Source of the DNA: Eledone cirrhosa
Lineage: Eukaryota
Direction: 5' to 3'
DNA length: 64,000 nt
Assembly (NCBI GenBank): GCA_964016885.1
Contig: OZ024742.1
Coordinates: forward strand, 273,916,001 to 273,980,000
The translations under genes were made by a program, and so were the position numbers. The notes below the pieces were generated by a model. It saw nothing but the letters and a program-made list of their open reading frames with translations, was not told where the DNA came from and did no database searches. Positions 12,770-25,860 of this stretch are shown in pieces (position 1 is the first letter of the stretch; every line of letters begins with the position of its first letter).

Positions 12770-12875
12770 CGTATAGAATTTGACAATAAATTCCGATGCT
12801 TTCTCTTGGAGGGCACACCCTTCGAGAAGAAGACTGTTGTTCTTCTGACATACATGAACCCACATGGATTTATAA
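12770..12875 (+). other. Candidate host coding exon, unidentified
   Basis: T-rich tract TTTTGCATTTTGATATCTAG as acceptor, 106-nt open frame RIEFDNKFRCFLLEGTPFEKKTVVLLTYMNPHGFI, donor A|GTAAGT. No partner exon recognised. Confidence 0.3.
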
Positions 12876-12959
12876 GTAAGTTCCAACAATGTGGTCTGTT
12901 CTACTCAAACACTTACCACTGGAGCTAAATCAATGTATTGGTTGTCCAAATCTATTAAA

Positions 12960-14060
12960 GATACACAACAAAAACAATTAAAAATTAACATATATAAAAT
13001 CGTATAAAAATTTAAAAAATAACAAAATTAATGGCCCGATATGGTGGCGAAGACCAATTAGCGGTGACTTAAGTACACCACCAATCCTGAACCACTCGAC
13101 GCTTCAATAGCACTATGGAAAAACAGCCCTCTCCCTCTCAAATTAAATAGATTAGGCCCATTCACACACACCATTCTCTCCAGATAAACCCACCTTTTAC
13201 CAAATGTACTGGAGCAGCACTTCTCTCTCCAGCCTCACACTCAATGTTGATGAAAGATTGGCCGAAATAAAAACTGTCAATCTTCAGTCTTTTCAACCTG
13301 GTCCACAATACTGGCACTCTCGCTACCGCCACTAGATATAGGAAAATCGCTTTCCCTTCCTGGCCAAAAGAAGGGGGTGGGGCGATATCACATGGATTCG
13401 GTTGATAGCCGGATCCGTTATACACGCAACAACAGCTGTTCGATTTAAATCCACAAGAAAGTATTGCACGGACACTGGATGAGTGCGTATAGAACGGTTT
13501 CGGCGTTCTGCAAGCATCTCGGACAGCTCCGTCTAACATCATTTCTATGCCTATGGATAGCACTGCGAACCGAAAGTCCTTCTGACTGGTTAGTTCGATT
13601 TGGTCGATGCCCGAAGCCTCTCCGAGTGCATCGTCGAACGTGCTCACCACTATTCATGTATAAAATTCGAGAGTGAAAGATCTACTGACGGCATTGCACG
13701 CCTGGTGGAGAGCAGTGAGCTTCTAGCAACATTCCAGGCGCCAGATCCCCAGTCTAGGTCTCTTCTTGACAATGAACAGCAGCTCAGTCAAAGAAATGAG
13801 CTGCGGGAAAACCTGTCTCACAAACGGTTACAACACGTGGTCACCATCTAGGAAGAATATCTGCATATGTCGGAAACTCAGCGCATGTTATGGCATCATT
13901 GTGTAGGCAGTAGATGGAACGCCTCACTAACGGATCATGTCCCCTCCGAAAGAATTATAAAATAAGTTTTTCCAATTTGGTGAGGCAGAAACGAGGGTGA
14001 GTCACGACAGTCAGGCGGTAATAGAGGATGGATGTGATGTACGCATTCGCTACCTCCGCT
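12960..14060 (-). mobile_element. Decayed Tx1-type LINE 3' fragment
   Basis: AEVANAYITSILYYRLTVV (~14060-14005), SCPRCLQNAETVLYALIQCP and WTRLKRLK..F.GQSFIN, homologous to the ORF2 C-terminus of the full-length copies. Confidence 0.85.
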
Positions 14061-14066
14061 AGATTT

Positions 14067-14276
14067 TCAGGGACCAGTTTTCTTTAACCGTCCTTGGAAA
14101 CTCTTTGAGATAGTCCCCAGTGCGCCTATGACAATCGGGATCACTTTGACCTCATGGCAGTTCCAAATCCTTTTTACCTCCAACTTTAAGTCCTGGTATC
14201 GGTTAATTTTCTCCCTCTCCTTCTCTTGCACTCTTATGTCGAATGGGCAGGCTACATCCACAATCAGGCACGATCT
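14067..14276 (-). mobile_element. RLE-domain fragment of a second R4-clade-like LINE family
   Basis: DVACPFD.RVQEKEREKINRYQDLKLEVKRIWNC..VKVIPIVIGALG. Same family as 27248-27737. Confidence 0.85.
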
Positions 14277-14280
14277 TTAT

Positions 14281-17200
14281 ATTATTATTATTATTATTAT
14301 CGTTATCCTTAATTTCTTTCATTACTGTTTCTGAGATATATGCTGAGTCTTCCTGACTCCTAGGGAAAATAAATTCACAGTGTGCATTGGTAAGCCAGTT
14401 AATACAGCACATTGATTATAATTTAAAAAAAGAAGAAAAAACAGTATTCATATATACACATGTGCATATGCATATGTAAATTCAAGGTGGGATATCAATC
14501 TTACAGAGATAGTGCTCTTGTCAATACGTGTGCAGTACCAGTCTAAAAACATTTTTTGCACCTCGTGCAGAGAGTGTATACCAGGAACCATTCGCAAATA
14601 TTGTTCTGTTCCTTTCTTGATTATTCCCAGTCCTCCCACAATCACTCGTATTGTAACGGCCTTGAGGTGCCACATTTTCACAATTTCAATAAGCAGATCT
14701 TTATATTTTCGTAGCTTGACAAATTATTTTGCCGCGATATTGTGATCACATGGGATGCTCCTATCTATCGACAAACAGACCTTGTTATGTTGATATTTTA
14801 TAATGATGTCAGGTCTATTTGCTTTTATGGTCCTGTCAGTATGTACAGGAAAGTCCCAGAGAATTGTTACGTTTTCTCCTTCAGTTACAGCCTCAGGTTG
14901 ATGATTGTACAACTTGTCTTCAGCTTTGATTTCGTAATGCCGACATATTACCCAGTGTAGATATTGGCCAACTCTGTCATGTCTATATTTGTATTCTACT
15001 GGTGCTAAAACCTTACATCCAGAGAGTAAGTGATCCACTGTTTCAACCCTAACATTGTAGGATCGGCATTTTGGTTTTATTCAGTTTCTCATCACATTTG
15101 CCTGTTAATTACGGGTCAATAAGCTTTGATCTTGGGCAGCTAAGATGAAGCCGTCACACTCCGCCTTTACCCATGAACTACGTAGCCATTGACGGGTGTG
15201 CTTTTGGTCAACATCAACTTGTTTGCTACGGGCCACATATTTGCCATGCAGAGGTTTCTGCTCTCAATTTGATGTTAATTGTCCTTGCCCTTTTGATTTT
15301 GCCAGTGATTTTATGTGCCTAGAAGCATCAGCTGCAACAGTTTCTTTAGACTGTCCAGCCTGGGTATCAAGTATGAGATCAGTAGCATATGTTTTGCTCT
15401 CCTTCAAGATAGAATGAAGCTTCTTACTTCTCTCATGCTTTTCAACAAGTTTCAGCATACAGTCGTTAGTTGTTTCAAGGTATTTGGCCAGCCCAATGAT
15501 GGTGGTCTTGTAAGCAAGTTCAAATTGGATCAGGCCACGGCCTCTTTGAGTTCTAGGAAGGTAAAGACGATCCACATCTGCTTTTGGGTGGTACATCCTA
15601 TTACAGGTCAGTAGGTGACGGTCTTTGGTGTCGATTCTTTTGATTTCACTCATATTCCAGTTATACACACCGAAGCTCTCAGTGAGAACTGGGACTGCCA
15701 AGGAATTTATGGCTAGCACCTTGTTACGATCGTTTAGTTCTGATCTCAGAACTGCACGTACTCTCCTGTAACATTCTTTCCTTATCCCCTCTTTCATACT
15801 TGCATCCTGTATGCCAGAGCCCTCATTAATCTCTAAGTATTTATAGGTTTGTTCCTGCTCAAGTTCCTTTAGGATTGTTTCAGCATACAATTCAACTGAT
15901 TCTGAGTTGACAAGTTTCCCCTTCTTGAAAGTGGCTCTTGCACACTTGTCAATTCCAAACTCCATCCTGATGTCATCGCTAAACGTTTTTACTGTCCGCA
16001 AAATGCCTTTCTGTTCGTCATTATCTTTGCAATATAGCTTCAAATCATCCATATAAAATAGGTGGCTTATTTTTATGTTGTCAATTCTATAACCGTACCC
16101 TGTTCTATTAAGCTCGGATGTAAGGGGTATTAAAGCTATGCAGGAAAGCAAGGGGGAAAGTGAATCACCCTGGAATATACCACAGTTGATGTTTATATTC
16201 CCAGAGCACAGTACCCCAGTGGAATGAGACAATTCGAGATTTGTGTTCCATAATGACATATTGTGTTTCAGGTGAGATTTTGAAGATGTCTAGTGATTTC
16301 AGAATCCATGAGTGTGGTATGCTGTGAAAGGCTTTTTTATAATAGATCCATGCAGAACTGAGACTTCTGTCTTTACAGTTCTCAAGGATCATACGATTAA
16401 TCAAAAGTTGTTCTTTGCAACCATATGAACCTCGTCAGCACCCTTTTTGTTCAATGGGGAAAATTTATTCTCCAAAAAACACGTATACTTTTTCCATGAG
16501 AATAGAGGTTAATAGTTTATAAGTGGTGTACAAGCAGGTTATGAGCCGATAGTTTTTTTTATCTTTGGTTTCGTTGTTCTTCGGTAGAAGGTAGGTAGTG
16601 CCACTTGCTATCCAATCATGTGTATTGTTTGGATCTTTCATAATTCGATTAAACAGCTTGACCAATATATTGTGAGTGCACGGTAGTGAGGAAGGCCAGA
16701 AATGTGGCCCGCTGTCTCTACCAGGAGATTTCCATTTATGTGATTTATTGAGTGCTGTCCTTAAGTCCACTATAGAGATGTCTTTCCACCCCTGTTCTTC
16801 GAAAATTGTGTAGAATTTTTCCAGGCAAGTAATCCAATCTACATTAGCATTATATGTCTTCTCATCACTCCAAATCTTACTCCAGAAGTTTTCAACTTCT
16901 TCTATGGCGGGGGGGTATTCAATAATTATTTTTGTCTTCCCTACTTATCTATAAAATGACTTAGCATTGGATGAAAACAACTTATTTTGCATGTAGAAGT
17001 TGTTTCGCTTCTCGAATCTACGAATTCGTTGGGCTTTTACTAGGACCTTTTGTTTCAGAGATTCTTTTGTTGAAACTATTGCTTCTCTCGAGGACAGTCC
17101 ATATTTTCTCTTTAGCTTTCTTACCTTCCTGGATCTTATATCATTTCCAGGGGTTAACTCACTCAATAAAGATATTTCTCCTCTCATTACGTCAACCTCC

Positions 17201-18258
17201 CTTTCGATTCTACTCCTCCAAATTGGTTTACCTCGAAGGTTCGACTTTTTTTTTGGGGGGGGGGGGGGGGGGGGGGGGGTAAACAACTTGTTTCAATTAC
17301 TCTAGCAGATGCATAACTGCTTTCATTTAACTCACTAAGACCAGGTTCTAGTTCTTCTATGATTTCTTTTGTCACAGAATTACCAATCATTATTTGTTTT
17401 CTATTTTGGATTGTATTTGGGAGTTTTTTAAATGGTTCTCTATACTAGAATGTCTTACTACTGCAAGCTCATTCAGTATTTTTGGCTTTAATTCCTTCAT
17501 AGTCTCCCTGTGTTCTTCAGCAGATGTTTGGTTTTCAATTACTGTTTTTAAGTCCCTCTCCTGCCTATTTTCAGCGGGTTCAATAGGGCTTCTCATTTCT
17601 ACAAACCTATTTGTGATTTGGTCAGATGGAGGTCTTTCAGTAAAGACTTGTGACTGGTTTCTATCTCCAGGAGATTCTTCAGTTCTTTCATCATTTATAT
17701 TTATGTCATTCTCCACAGCCTGCTTGATCGCAGTTAGTTCAGTGTCTGTGAGTCGATTATTTCTGAAGATATACCTCCTTACATTTGCCAACTTATTTCC
17801 ATCCATATCACGTCTGCTAGCTGGATTCCGAGTTTTCCAGATTTTGTAAGAGTTTAAAGTGTGTCTGTCTTGTGATGGCTTACTTAATGCATAGTAATAT
17901 GCAAATATTACTTCTTTATACTCTTCTCGGGTCCATTTCATCCTTTTAGGTTTTTCTTTTTGAGGTGGTTTGGGTGGTGGATCTGGAGGGTTCGAGTTGG
18001 GGCAATCCCCGATCAAGTGACCATCCAGGTCCATAATTGGAGAAGAGTGTGTGACAGAGGAGAAATTTTTTATCTCAGCTTGGCACCTTCCTGAGGGACG
18101 CGCTTCCTGATTATCCATAGGAAAAGCGATTTGGCATTGTGTATTAATGTTTATTTGTTCATCTCGCAGTACATGCTTGCGTTACGCATGGTATTGGATG
18201 TACATGGAAAGTTGCCCGGCTCTTTGGGTAGTGCATTTGCTGGCTGGCACTGAGATCA
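14281..18258 (-). mobile_element. Near full-length R4/Dong-clade non-LTR retrotransposon (single ORF: N-terminal domain, RT, CCHC, RLE), frameshifted
   Basis: ORF pieces 18118 to ~14500: KRMKWTREEYKEV, KWKSPGRD, GIFQGDSLSPLL, HLFYMDDLKLY, HLLSGC...RHDRV, NRPDIII. (TAA)n tail at 14281-14300 and TAA/TAG repeat at the 5' junction. Confidence 0.92.
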
Positions 18259-19649
18259 TTATTACTACTATAACAGTATAGTTATGTTTATTGCTGTTGT
18301 TGATTGAGGTGATATTGTAATGGTTGCAGCTGTAAGAGGTTTACGAGAATTTTCTCAACTGTTCTTGTGTTGTGAGTGGTGTTGGTGGTGGTGGCAGGGA
18401 GATATTAATGCTGGGGGTTGGGATTCTGGGAGTGTTAATGTGTACGGTGACATTGTAGCTTATAGGAGTTGCTTCTCCGGTGTTATTTTCTGTTTATTTT
18501 CAGTTTGAGGTGAAAATGGGGTGCTAGTATTCTTTTTTTTCTACCCCCTTTGTTTTGGCCTTTATGTGACCTCCATGCACATACATAAATATACACTCAC
18601 ACGTGCATTCTTATACACATGTATGTATATACACACATATATATATATACCCACACATTAGACACTGATAAGGGAGGTAAGTAGCAGTCAGTGACAGTAG
18701 TCTAAAAATAGATTGGGGATTTACTGGTGTGAATGTGTGAGGAAGTGGTGTGAATGTGGTGGTGGGAGAGAGAAGTGATCTTTCAACTGTCAATTTCCTT
18801 TCAACATCTGAAATTTAGCCACAATCGACTAAAATGTAAAAAAAGAAAATTGTATTGGGGAAATATTTAAAAATACATAAGCACCCTTCACATCTTCAGC
18901 CACAGAGATGACTGCATAATAATTAGTCGGATTTTTGATTAAACAGAACTTATCCCCCGAAATAAACAGTGTGCTTTCAGATCTATGTCTGTTTCTTTTC
19001 TTCATTTAATAATATGTAAACAGCGATTGTAATGGGTAAATATATAAAAAATATTTATGCAGTTCTCACAACTAGTGTCAGATTATTTGTAGAGATATGT
19101 GGTGAAATAATTTGTCGGATTTTCGTGTTTGGGAATAACAGATTAAACAAAACTTACTCCTCGGATAACGCAATGTGTCGCCCGGTCTACGACTCTTTCT
19201 CTTCTTCAAATATATTTTTCTTTAAGTTCAAAGAGCGAACGTCTGTATATCTGCATGTTTGTTTTGTGTACAATTTTCGTTGTGATTATAATACATGTAT
19301 GTGTAATATAATCAATAGAGTTTGTTACTTACATATATCGTTTTTCTTTTTGTTTTGATTTAAAATTCTGAGTAGTGGTGAGGCTGATATTCAGTTTCTT
19401 TATTTACACATGTGGTCCGATATTTTAATGAAGAAAATTATGATATAAGGACGATCCGTGTACAAAATTTTTTTTTGTAGGCTTCTTTGCTATTCGTCCA
19501 TTATGTTTCCACTTCGTTTTCTTAGTGTTTTTATTATTGTTTTGTCGATGGTGTTCGATTTATATCAAAACTTGTGGGGAGCTTCGTTATGGCCGTCCAT
19601 GATGTTATTCAGCCCGCTCCTATTCTTCACATTATTATTATTTATTATT

Positions 19650-19840
19650 AGTATCGGTAGAGAGTCGGATGCCAGGCTTTGCCGCTTAGAGTTACAGCCC
19701 TTGCCATTCTGAGTTCAAATCCCGCCGAGGTTAACTTTGCCTTTAATCCTTATGGGGTCGATAAAATAAAGTACCAGTAATACACTGAGTAATTGCTGAC
19801 CTTATGCCAAACGTAGAAACAATTATTATTATTATTATTA
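19650..19840 (+). mobile_element. SINE family A, preceded and followed by (ATT)n
   Basis: B box GAGTTCAAATCC, central GGGGTCGATAAAATAAAGTACC, tail AGAAACA(ATT)n. Confidence 0.92.
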
Positions 19841-22800
19841 CAGTTGCATTTATCTTGCTTTAAGTTCGTACGAGTTATCAGCAAGTCACAACAAGGGACA
19901 ACAAGGTCCGCCATGTTCAAGAAGAACATACATACACACACATGCATCTTTAGTTGTTTAGACTTGTGATGTACTTATATTGACAGAATCTTCCTTAGTA
20001 TATCGGCAGTTCCCATTAGTACTATCTTTTGTATTTCTCCTATACGCGGGTTTCCTGGGATTTGCGATAAGTAATCATTAGATCCCTTAGGTATCATTCC
20101 TAGAGCGCCTACAACCACTGGTATTGTTTTAGTTCTCAATTTCCACATTTTTCCAATTTCTATCTCCAGGTCCTTATACTTGCTCAATTTTTCAAATGTT
20201 TTTATAGATACATTCTTCTCTATTGGAACGGACATATCAATTAGCAGGCATACCCTATTTTTAAAGTCCTTCAGTATTATATCAGGTATATTTGTATCTA
20301 TTTTTCGGTCTGTTTGGATGTTAAAGTTCCACAAGATTGAGATGTGATCTTTTTCAAGTACAGAGGTGGTTGATGCTCCCACCAATTCTTTTGATGGGGC
20401 AGGTCAAAATGCTTACACATTATCCAATGTATGTATTGTGCAGCTCTGTCGTGCCTGTTTAGGTATTCGGTTGGAGCTATAGGACTGCACATTGAAATTC
20501 TATGATCAATTGTGTCTGGTTGTTTTTACATACACGGCATAATGGGTTGTTATCTATTTTTTATTATGTTGGCTTGGTAATTTTTTGTTGGCAGAGACTG
20601 ATCTTGTGCTGATATAATTAGTCCTTCAGTATCCGATTTCAGTCCAGAGGATGCCAACCACTGATGAGTTAAAGTTTTGTCAACATCGGGATTGTTAGCT
20701 CTTTCTGGGTATTTTCCATACAGAGGCTTTTCTTGTCATTCTTAGCCACTTTCTGCAGCAGTTCTTTCTTTGTAGTTACTTTTACCTGCCTTGCTTTTTC
20801 AGTGTTTTTCATTTCAGCAGTAAATGGAACTTCTGAAATTTGTAGTCCATTACTGTATCTTTGTGCATCTTTTGTAATGGAGTATGATCTTTTGATGCTT
20901 TCATGTTTCAAAACGAGATTGATCATCCAATCATTTGATTCCTTTAGATATGTAGATAATCCAATTGTTGCAGTTTTCAACGTAATATCTAGCTGCATTA
21001 ACCCACGTCCTCCTTCTTTCCTAGGGAGATATATTCTATCTGTATCTGCCTTAGGGTGACGCATTCTGTGCATGGTTAAGAATTTTCTAATTTTTGTATC
21101 GAGCCTACGGATCTCTGTGCGTGACCAGTTGATGACATTGTAACTGTAGGTTACTATTGGTATGGCAAGCGTGTTTATGGCATCGATCCTATTCCTTGCA
21201 TTCAAATCTGTTCTTAAGATTGCTCTTACTCTGCGGTAACATTCCTTACCTTATCCTTTCCCTCATTGTCGAGTGCTTGATTTCGTCTCCCTCACAAACA
21301 CTAGATATTCTTAAGTTTCCTCTTGATCAAGTTCTCTTATCACATTCCCTCGATCAAGATTAATGTTCTAACTTTTCAGCAGTTTTCCTCTGGTGAACGT
21401 TGCTTTGGCGCATTTATCTAGTCCACACTCCATTTTAATGTCATCACTGAACTACTTCACAGTGCACATTCTACATCATTTTTTGCAAATAGTTTCAGGT
21501 CATCCATGTAGAACAAGTGATTAATGGTTTTGTCATAGACTTTATATACATGTTTTATTTCATTGACCATTTTACTTAATGGTATAAGTGCGATGATAAA
21601 GAGTCACCCTGAAAAATTCCACAATTAATATTAACTTCTCCAGCTTCCAGTGATTTTTTTTTCATTATTCAAAAGGAGTGTCGTTTTCCATGTCTTCATA
21701 CTGAATGACAGGAACCTCCAGACAACAGGAGATATTTTTAAAATCTCTAAACATTTTTCAATCCAACTGTTTGGCAAACTATCGAATGCTTTTTTGTAAT
21801 CTATCCAAGCAATTGATAGATTTTTGTGTCTATTATGACAATCTTCCAGTATCCATTTGTTAACCAAAAGCTGATCTTTACAGCCATATGAGCCTCGTTT
21901 ACACCCTTTCTGCTCATTGGGAAATAGATCATTTGTTATCAGGTGATCATATGTATATTCAGTTAGGACTGATGTTAACATTTTATATATTGTCGTCAAG
22001 CAAGTTATCGGTCTGAAATTTTTGGGATTGTTTGTCTCACCATTCTTCGGAAGTAGGAATGTAATGCCGTTAACTAGCCATGATGGTATCTTGTCTGGCT
22101 CCTTAACCATTTCATTGAAAAGTTGGGCTAACAGCTCATCAGACTCTGTGAAGGCATATATCCAAAAATTCCGTTTTTTTCTTTTCATGGGGATTTCCAT
22201 TTGCTGGTTTTTCTAAGAGTCAAACGCAACTGTTCAACTGTTATATTTTCCTATATTTGTTCCTCAAGGTGAGCTGTATCTTTCATTTGTCTGTCTGTCC
22301 ATGGGGCATGTATATTATGAACTTTTTCTTCGACCCAGATCTTTTCCCAGAATTCTTGCACTTCCTCCATGGGTGGTATTGATTTAGTAGTTATTGTTGT
22401 CTTGCCAATTTTTCTGTAGAAGTTTCTTTGGTTCTTTTTGAACATATTATTGTCCTTATAGAATCTAGATCGTTTTTCAAAGCGCCTTATACGAGCAGTT
22501 TTGGCCAACACCTTTTGCTTGATTATATCTATGTTGCTTTTTCATTTTATACTGTATTTTCTTCTCAATTTTCTAAGTTTGGTTTTTCACATACTTTGTA
22601 GTTTGTTAACATTTCTATGTCAGATAGGAGAAAGTTTATCTGGCGATTGATGTTCTCTTGCCAAGTAGGTTTCCTGTAGGAATTCCTTTGTTTTTTCATT
22701 TTTACTCTGCATAAGTGAGTGGTGGCTTTAGCCGATGCATAATAGTGATGATTTAGGTAAGTAATGTTTAGTTTGTTTATGATGATAATGTTTTTGAGAA

Positions 22801-22985
22801 TTATGTTTGTCTTGTGTATTATCTTTTGGTTCGGTTTGGAGTTCTGGATCTTAGGGAGAGTGTCTCGTTCCCCCATGTCAGATTCTTTCATTTTCATCCA
22901 TTCGATCATAATTTCATTCTTCAAATTGGCAAGTTCATTCTCATTTATTTCTTTATTATTTACGATGTCATTGTTGAGGTTATTA
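19841..22985 (-). mobile_element. R4/Dong-clade LINE, distinct subfamily, 5'-truncated and decayed
   Basis: RIRRFEKR, PKNFRPITCL, EQKGCKRGSYGCKDQLL, WIDYKKAFDS, EYLNRHDRAA and PDIILKD..LIDMSVP..KYKDLEIEI. Its 3' tail is the (AAT)n shared with the SINE at 19650. Confidence 0.92.
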
Positions 22986-22996
22986 TTATTGGCAGG

Positions 22997-23193
22997 AGGG
23001 CCGTGGATTGGCAGTATCGGTAGAGGGTCGGACGCCATGCTTTCCAGCATAGTTACGTCCCTTTACGATCTGAGTTCAAATCCCGCCGAGGTTGACTTTG
23101 CCTTTCATCCTTACGGGGCCGATAGAATAAAATACCAGTAATGCACTGGTTAATTGCTGGCCTTGTGCCTAAAGTAGAAACAATTATTATTAT
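22997..23193 (+). mobile_element. SINE family A, full length
   Basis: GGGCCGTGGATTGGCAGTATCGGTAGAG head, B box, central domain, (ATT)n tail. Confidence 0.93.
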
Positions 23194-23950
23194 AAGTGCC
23201 GTCAGCCGAGCCTGTCCGAGATGCGCGCAGAGCGACGAAACCGTCGTGCACGCACTCGTTCAGTGCACGAGTATTGCTAACTTGTGCAGCTATGTCGAAC
23301 ATTTGCTGTTGCGTGTAGGACTCATCCGGTTATCGACTGTGTCCATTGGGCAGATGGTCTTGCCGTCTTCCTTCGAGGAGGAAGGGCAGGCGTTTTCATC
23401 TGCCTCGTGGCCATGGCGAAAGAGATTGTGTGGTGGACAAGGTTGAAAGGGTTAAAGACAGACCCTTTCATCTTCGACGAATCCCTAATTAACTTTTTCA
23501 AGTTTCACTTGAAGAGGAAAATCAGGGTGGAGAGGCAAGTGCTCCCTTCTAACAAGTTTGTTGAAAGGTGGGTGAATGTAGCGAGAATGGTCCGGGTGAA
23601 CGGGACCGCTCTGAATATACGTCTGTAGTTTGAGAAATGGAAAAATTGAGAGAGAGCGCTTGCCCTGGTGGTCAGGGAGGCCGTGGTCTTTTGTGTGGTT
23701 TTCTCCACGAGTAACCCTCGGAGGTTTCCCGCCTATTGGAGAATTTTTCATTGTTTGAATTTTCATTTTTATTGTTTATATATATATATGTTTCTATTTC
23801 TTTTTTCCTTTTCTTATATAAATAATAAAAATATTTACTTACACCCACAAAACCCACATCGTACCGTCCTGTACCGTCCTGTGCCGTCTGTAATGTTTTT
23901 CTTGATGTCAGCCCCTGTGGCCAATAAAGAAATCATTATTATTATTATTA
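23194..23950 (+). mobile_element. Tx1 3' fragment (~750 bp), same subfamily as the 39305-45218 copy
   Basis: SAVSRACPRCAQSDETVVHALVQC...WVNVARMVRVNGTALNIRL*. The 3' UTR matches 39355-39650, then AATAAA and (ATT)n. Confidence 0.93.
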
Positions 23951-25554
23951 TCACCATTATCATTATGATCATCTTTATCCATATTATTAATGTTGTTGTT
24001 ATAAACACAAAATTATACGGCAGTCTACCAGAAGTTTAAATTCCGCTAAAGCATTTTCGATCATTTGGATGTAATGCCATATTGATAAATATCTCCATCG
24101 AAGCCTCAGGACTGTGGTGATGAATACATTTGCATGTAATTCCACTCATCACAATATATTCTCTGACAGCTGTACATGGCGTATTTATTGCAAGTGTAAC
24201 TTAAACAGAGCTGTAGAAAGTTTTTCTATTGCATTATGGGTATTATTTCCCGAAGCGCATTCGTTTTAGCATAACGGAGTCAAAGTAGATCATTTTAGAT
24301 GAAAGAAAACATACAAAAAAATAAAAAAATCGATGGAGAATGTTGGAAACGAAATTTCTGATGGAAAGTAAATAAATAAAATGTATTTTAAATTCAGGAT
24401 GAATCTTTAAAGTTCCAATGTGAATAATGATTTCTTTAGGCAAAATACAAAAGTTTTCTTTTTTTCCTTGGGGGAATTAATATAGTCGATTGATTCTCTA
24501 TTAGTCGATTAAATAATCACTATGAAACAAGAATATTAATGATGTGCTACAACCATATGCGACAATTCAATTAAAAGCAAACAGCTGAGTTGCCTTCATA
24601 TGCACATCCGTCGGTAGAACGTCATAACTTTACAAATCATTCTATAAAGTAGTAACAGAAACTTCTGCAAGAAGAACTATATTATGTATAATGTTGCCGA
24701 GGCAATCTCGTGGCCATGTACTTTTTTTTTACTATCTACTTAGAAGTATATTCTCATTTATTTTTATTATCATAATAATAACATATTTTATTAACGCGTC
24801 ATAAAAATACAATATATACTTAGAATAATATTGGTGTGTTTACTGTTGTTTTTTCATCGGCTCTTGTTTATCACTTTGTTATATGTGGAGCACATTGAGT
24901 TCCCATTTGGAGAACCGCGCACATTACGTGCGCACGCACACGCACAGACAGACACACATACACACACACACATTCCGCCATTTTTCTCCTTGTTAGAAAT
25001 CTAGTTTTGATAACACAACAATGATTTCATATTTATTAGGACCTTCAACGTAGCAAAAAACAAAGCCCAAATTATACGTGTAAGTATATGTTTCTCTGGA
25101 TATCTCAGTCGACTGCTATGTAGTTGTCCATGGTTCAATCAATTTCCCCCAAAAAAATTATTTTATTTATTTAAGTGTGTGTATATAAAGGCATATATAA
25201 TTGCCAACTCATTACTAGATGTGTTAATCAGATATATCTATACAACACTTTTAAATGTATCAAGTTGACATACGAAATAAATTTAAAACTAAATTTATCT
25301 ATAATTAATAATTAATTGAATACGTAATTGCTATTATAAATAATTTTTCTAAATATTATGATTAAAATATAAGTAAATAACTCGCTGGAACTTGATATCA
25401 CTGAACCTCATATATTTATTTTAGTTTACTATTAAATTTTCATTAGAAAACTGACTAAAATTACGGCATAAAAAATTAGAATTTAATCTAAATGCTGATA
25501 TGCTGTTCCTTGTATGAATAATCAACTATTATTAAAAGGGGCTATACCTCAGCA

Positions 25555-25860
25555 GTGACGGCGTGTCACCTAGCAGTCAGAGGACTGGATTAACAATCAG
25601 GATTTTGTAATTTCGATTCGTCGGACAGAGCAGCGTTGTGTTCTTTAGCAAAACACGTTATTGCACGTTGTTCCAGTTGACCTAGTTAGAGAAATGCAAT
25701 ACGACGAAATTAGTTGCATCGGCCTTTGCCCTTCCTTTCGACAATATAAGTGGCGTGAAGAGTGGAGACTGGCATGCAGGTTTTCCGCAAAAATAACTTA
25801 AATGGGATTGCACCTTACATAGATAATTTCTAGGTGCAAACTCATAATTATTTTTCAACG
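25555..25860 (+). mobile_element. Old tRNA-derived SINE, family B (decayed)
   Basis: TTCGATTC B-box remnant, then GCGTTGTGTTCTTTAGCAAAACAC..GCACGTTG, like 6708. Confidence 0.55.

Noticed and set aside
17245-17279. Poly-T then long poly-G run (also poly-C at 6107-6120 and 45425-45437)
   Set aside because: Homopolymer expansions inside dead elements, possibly sequencing error; no evidence of function.
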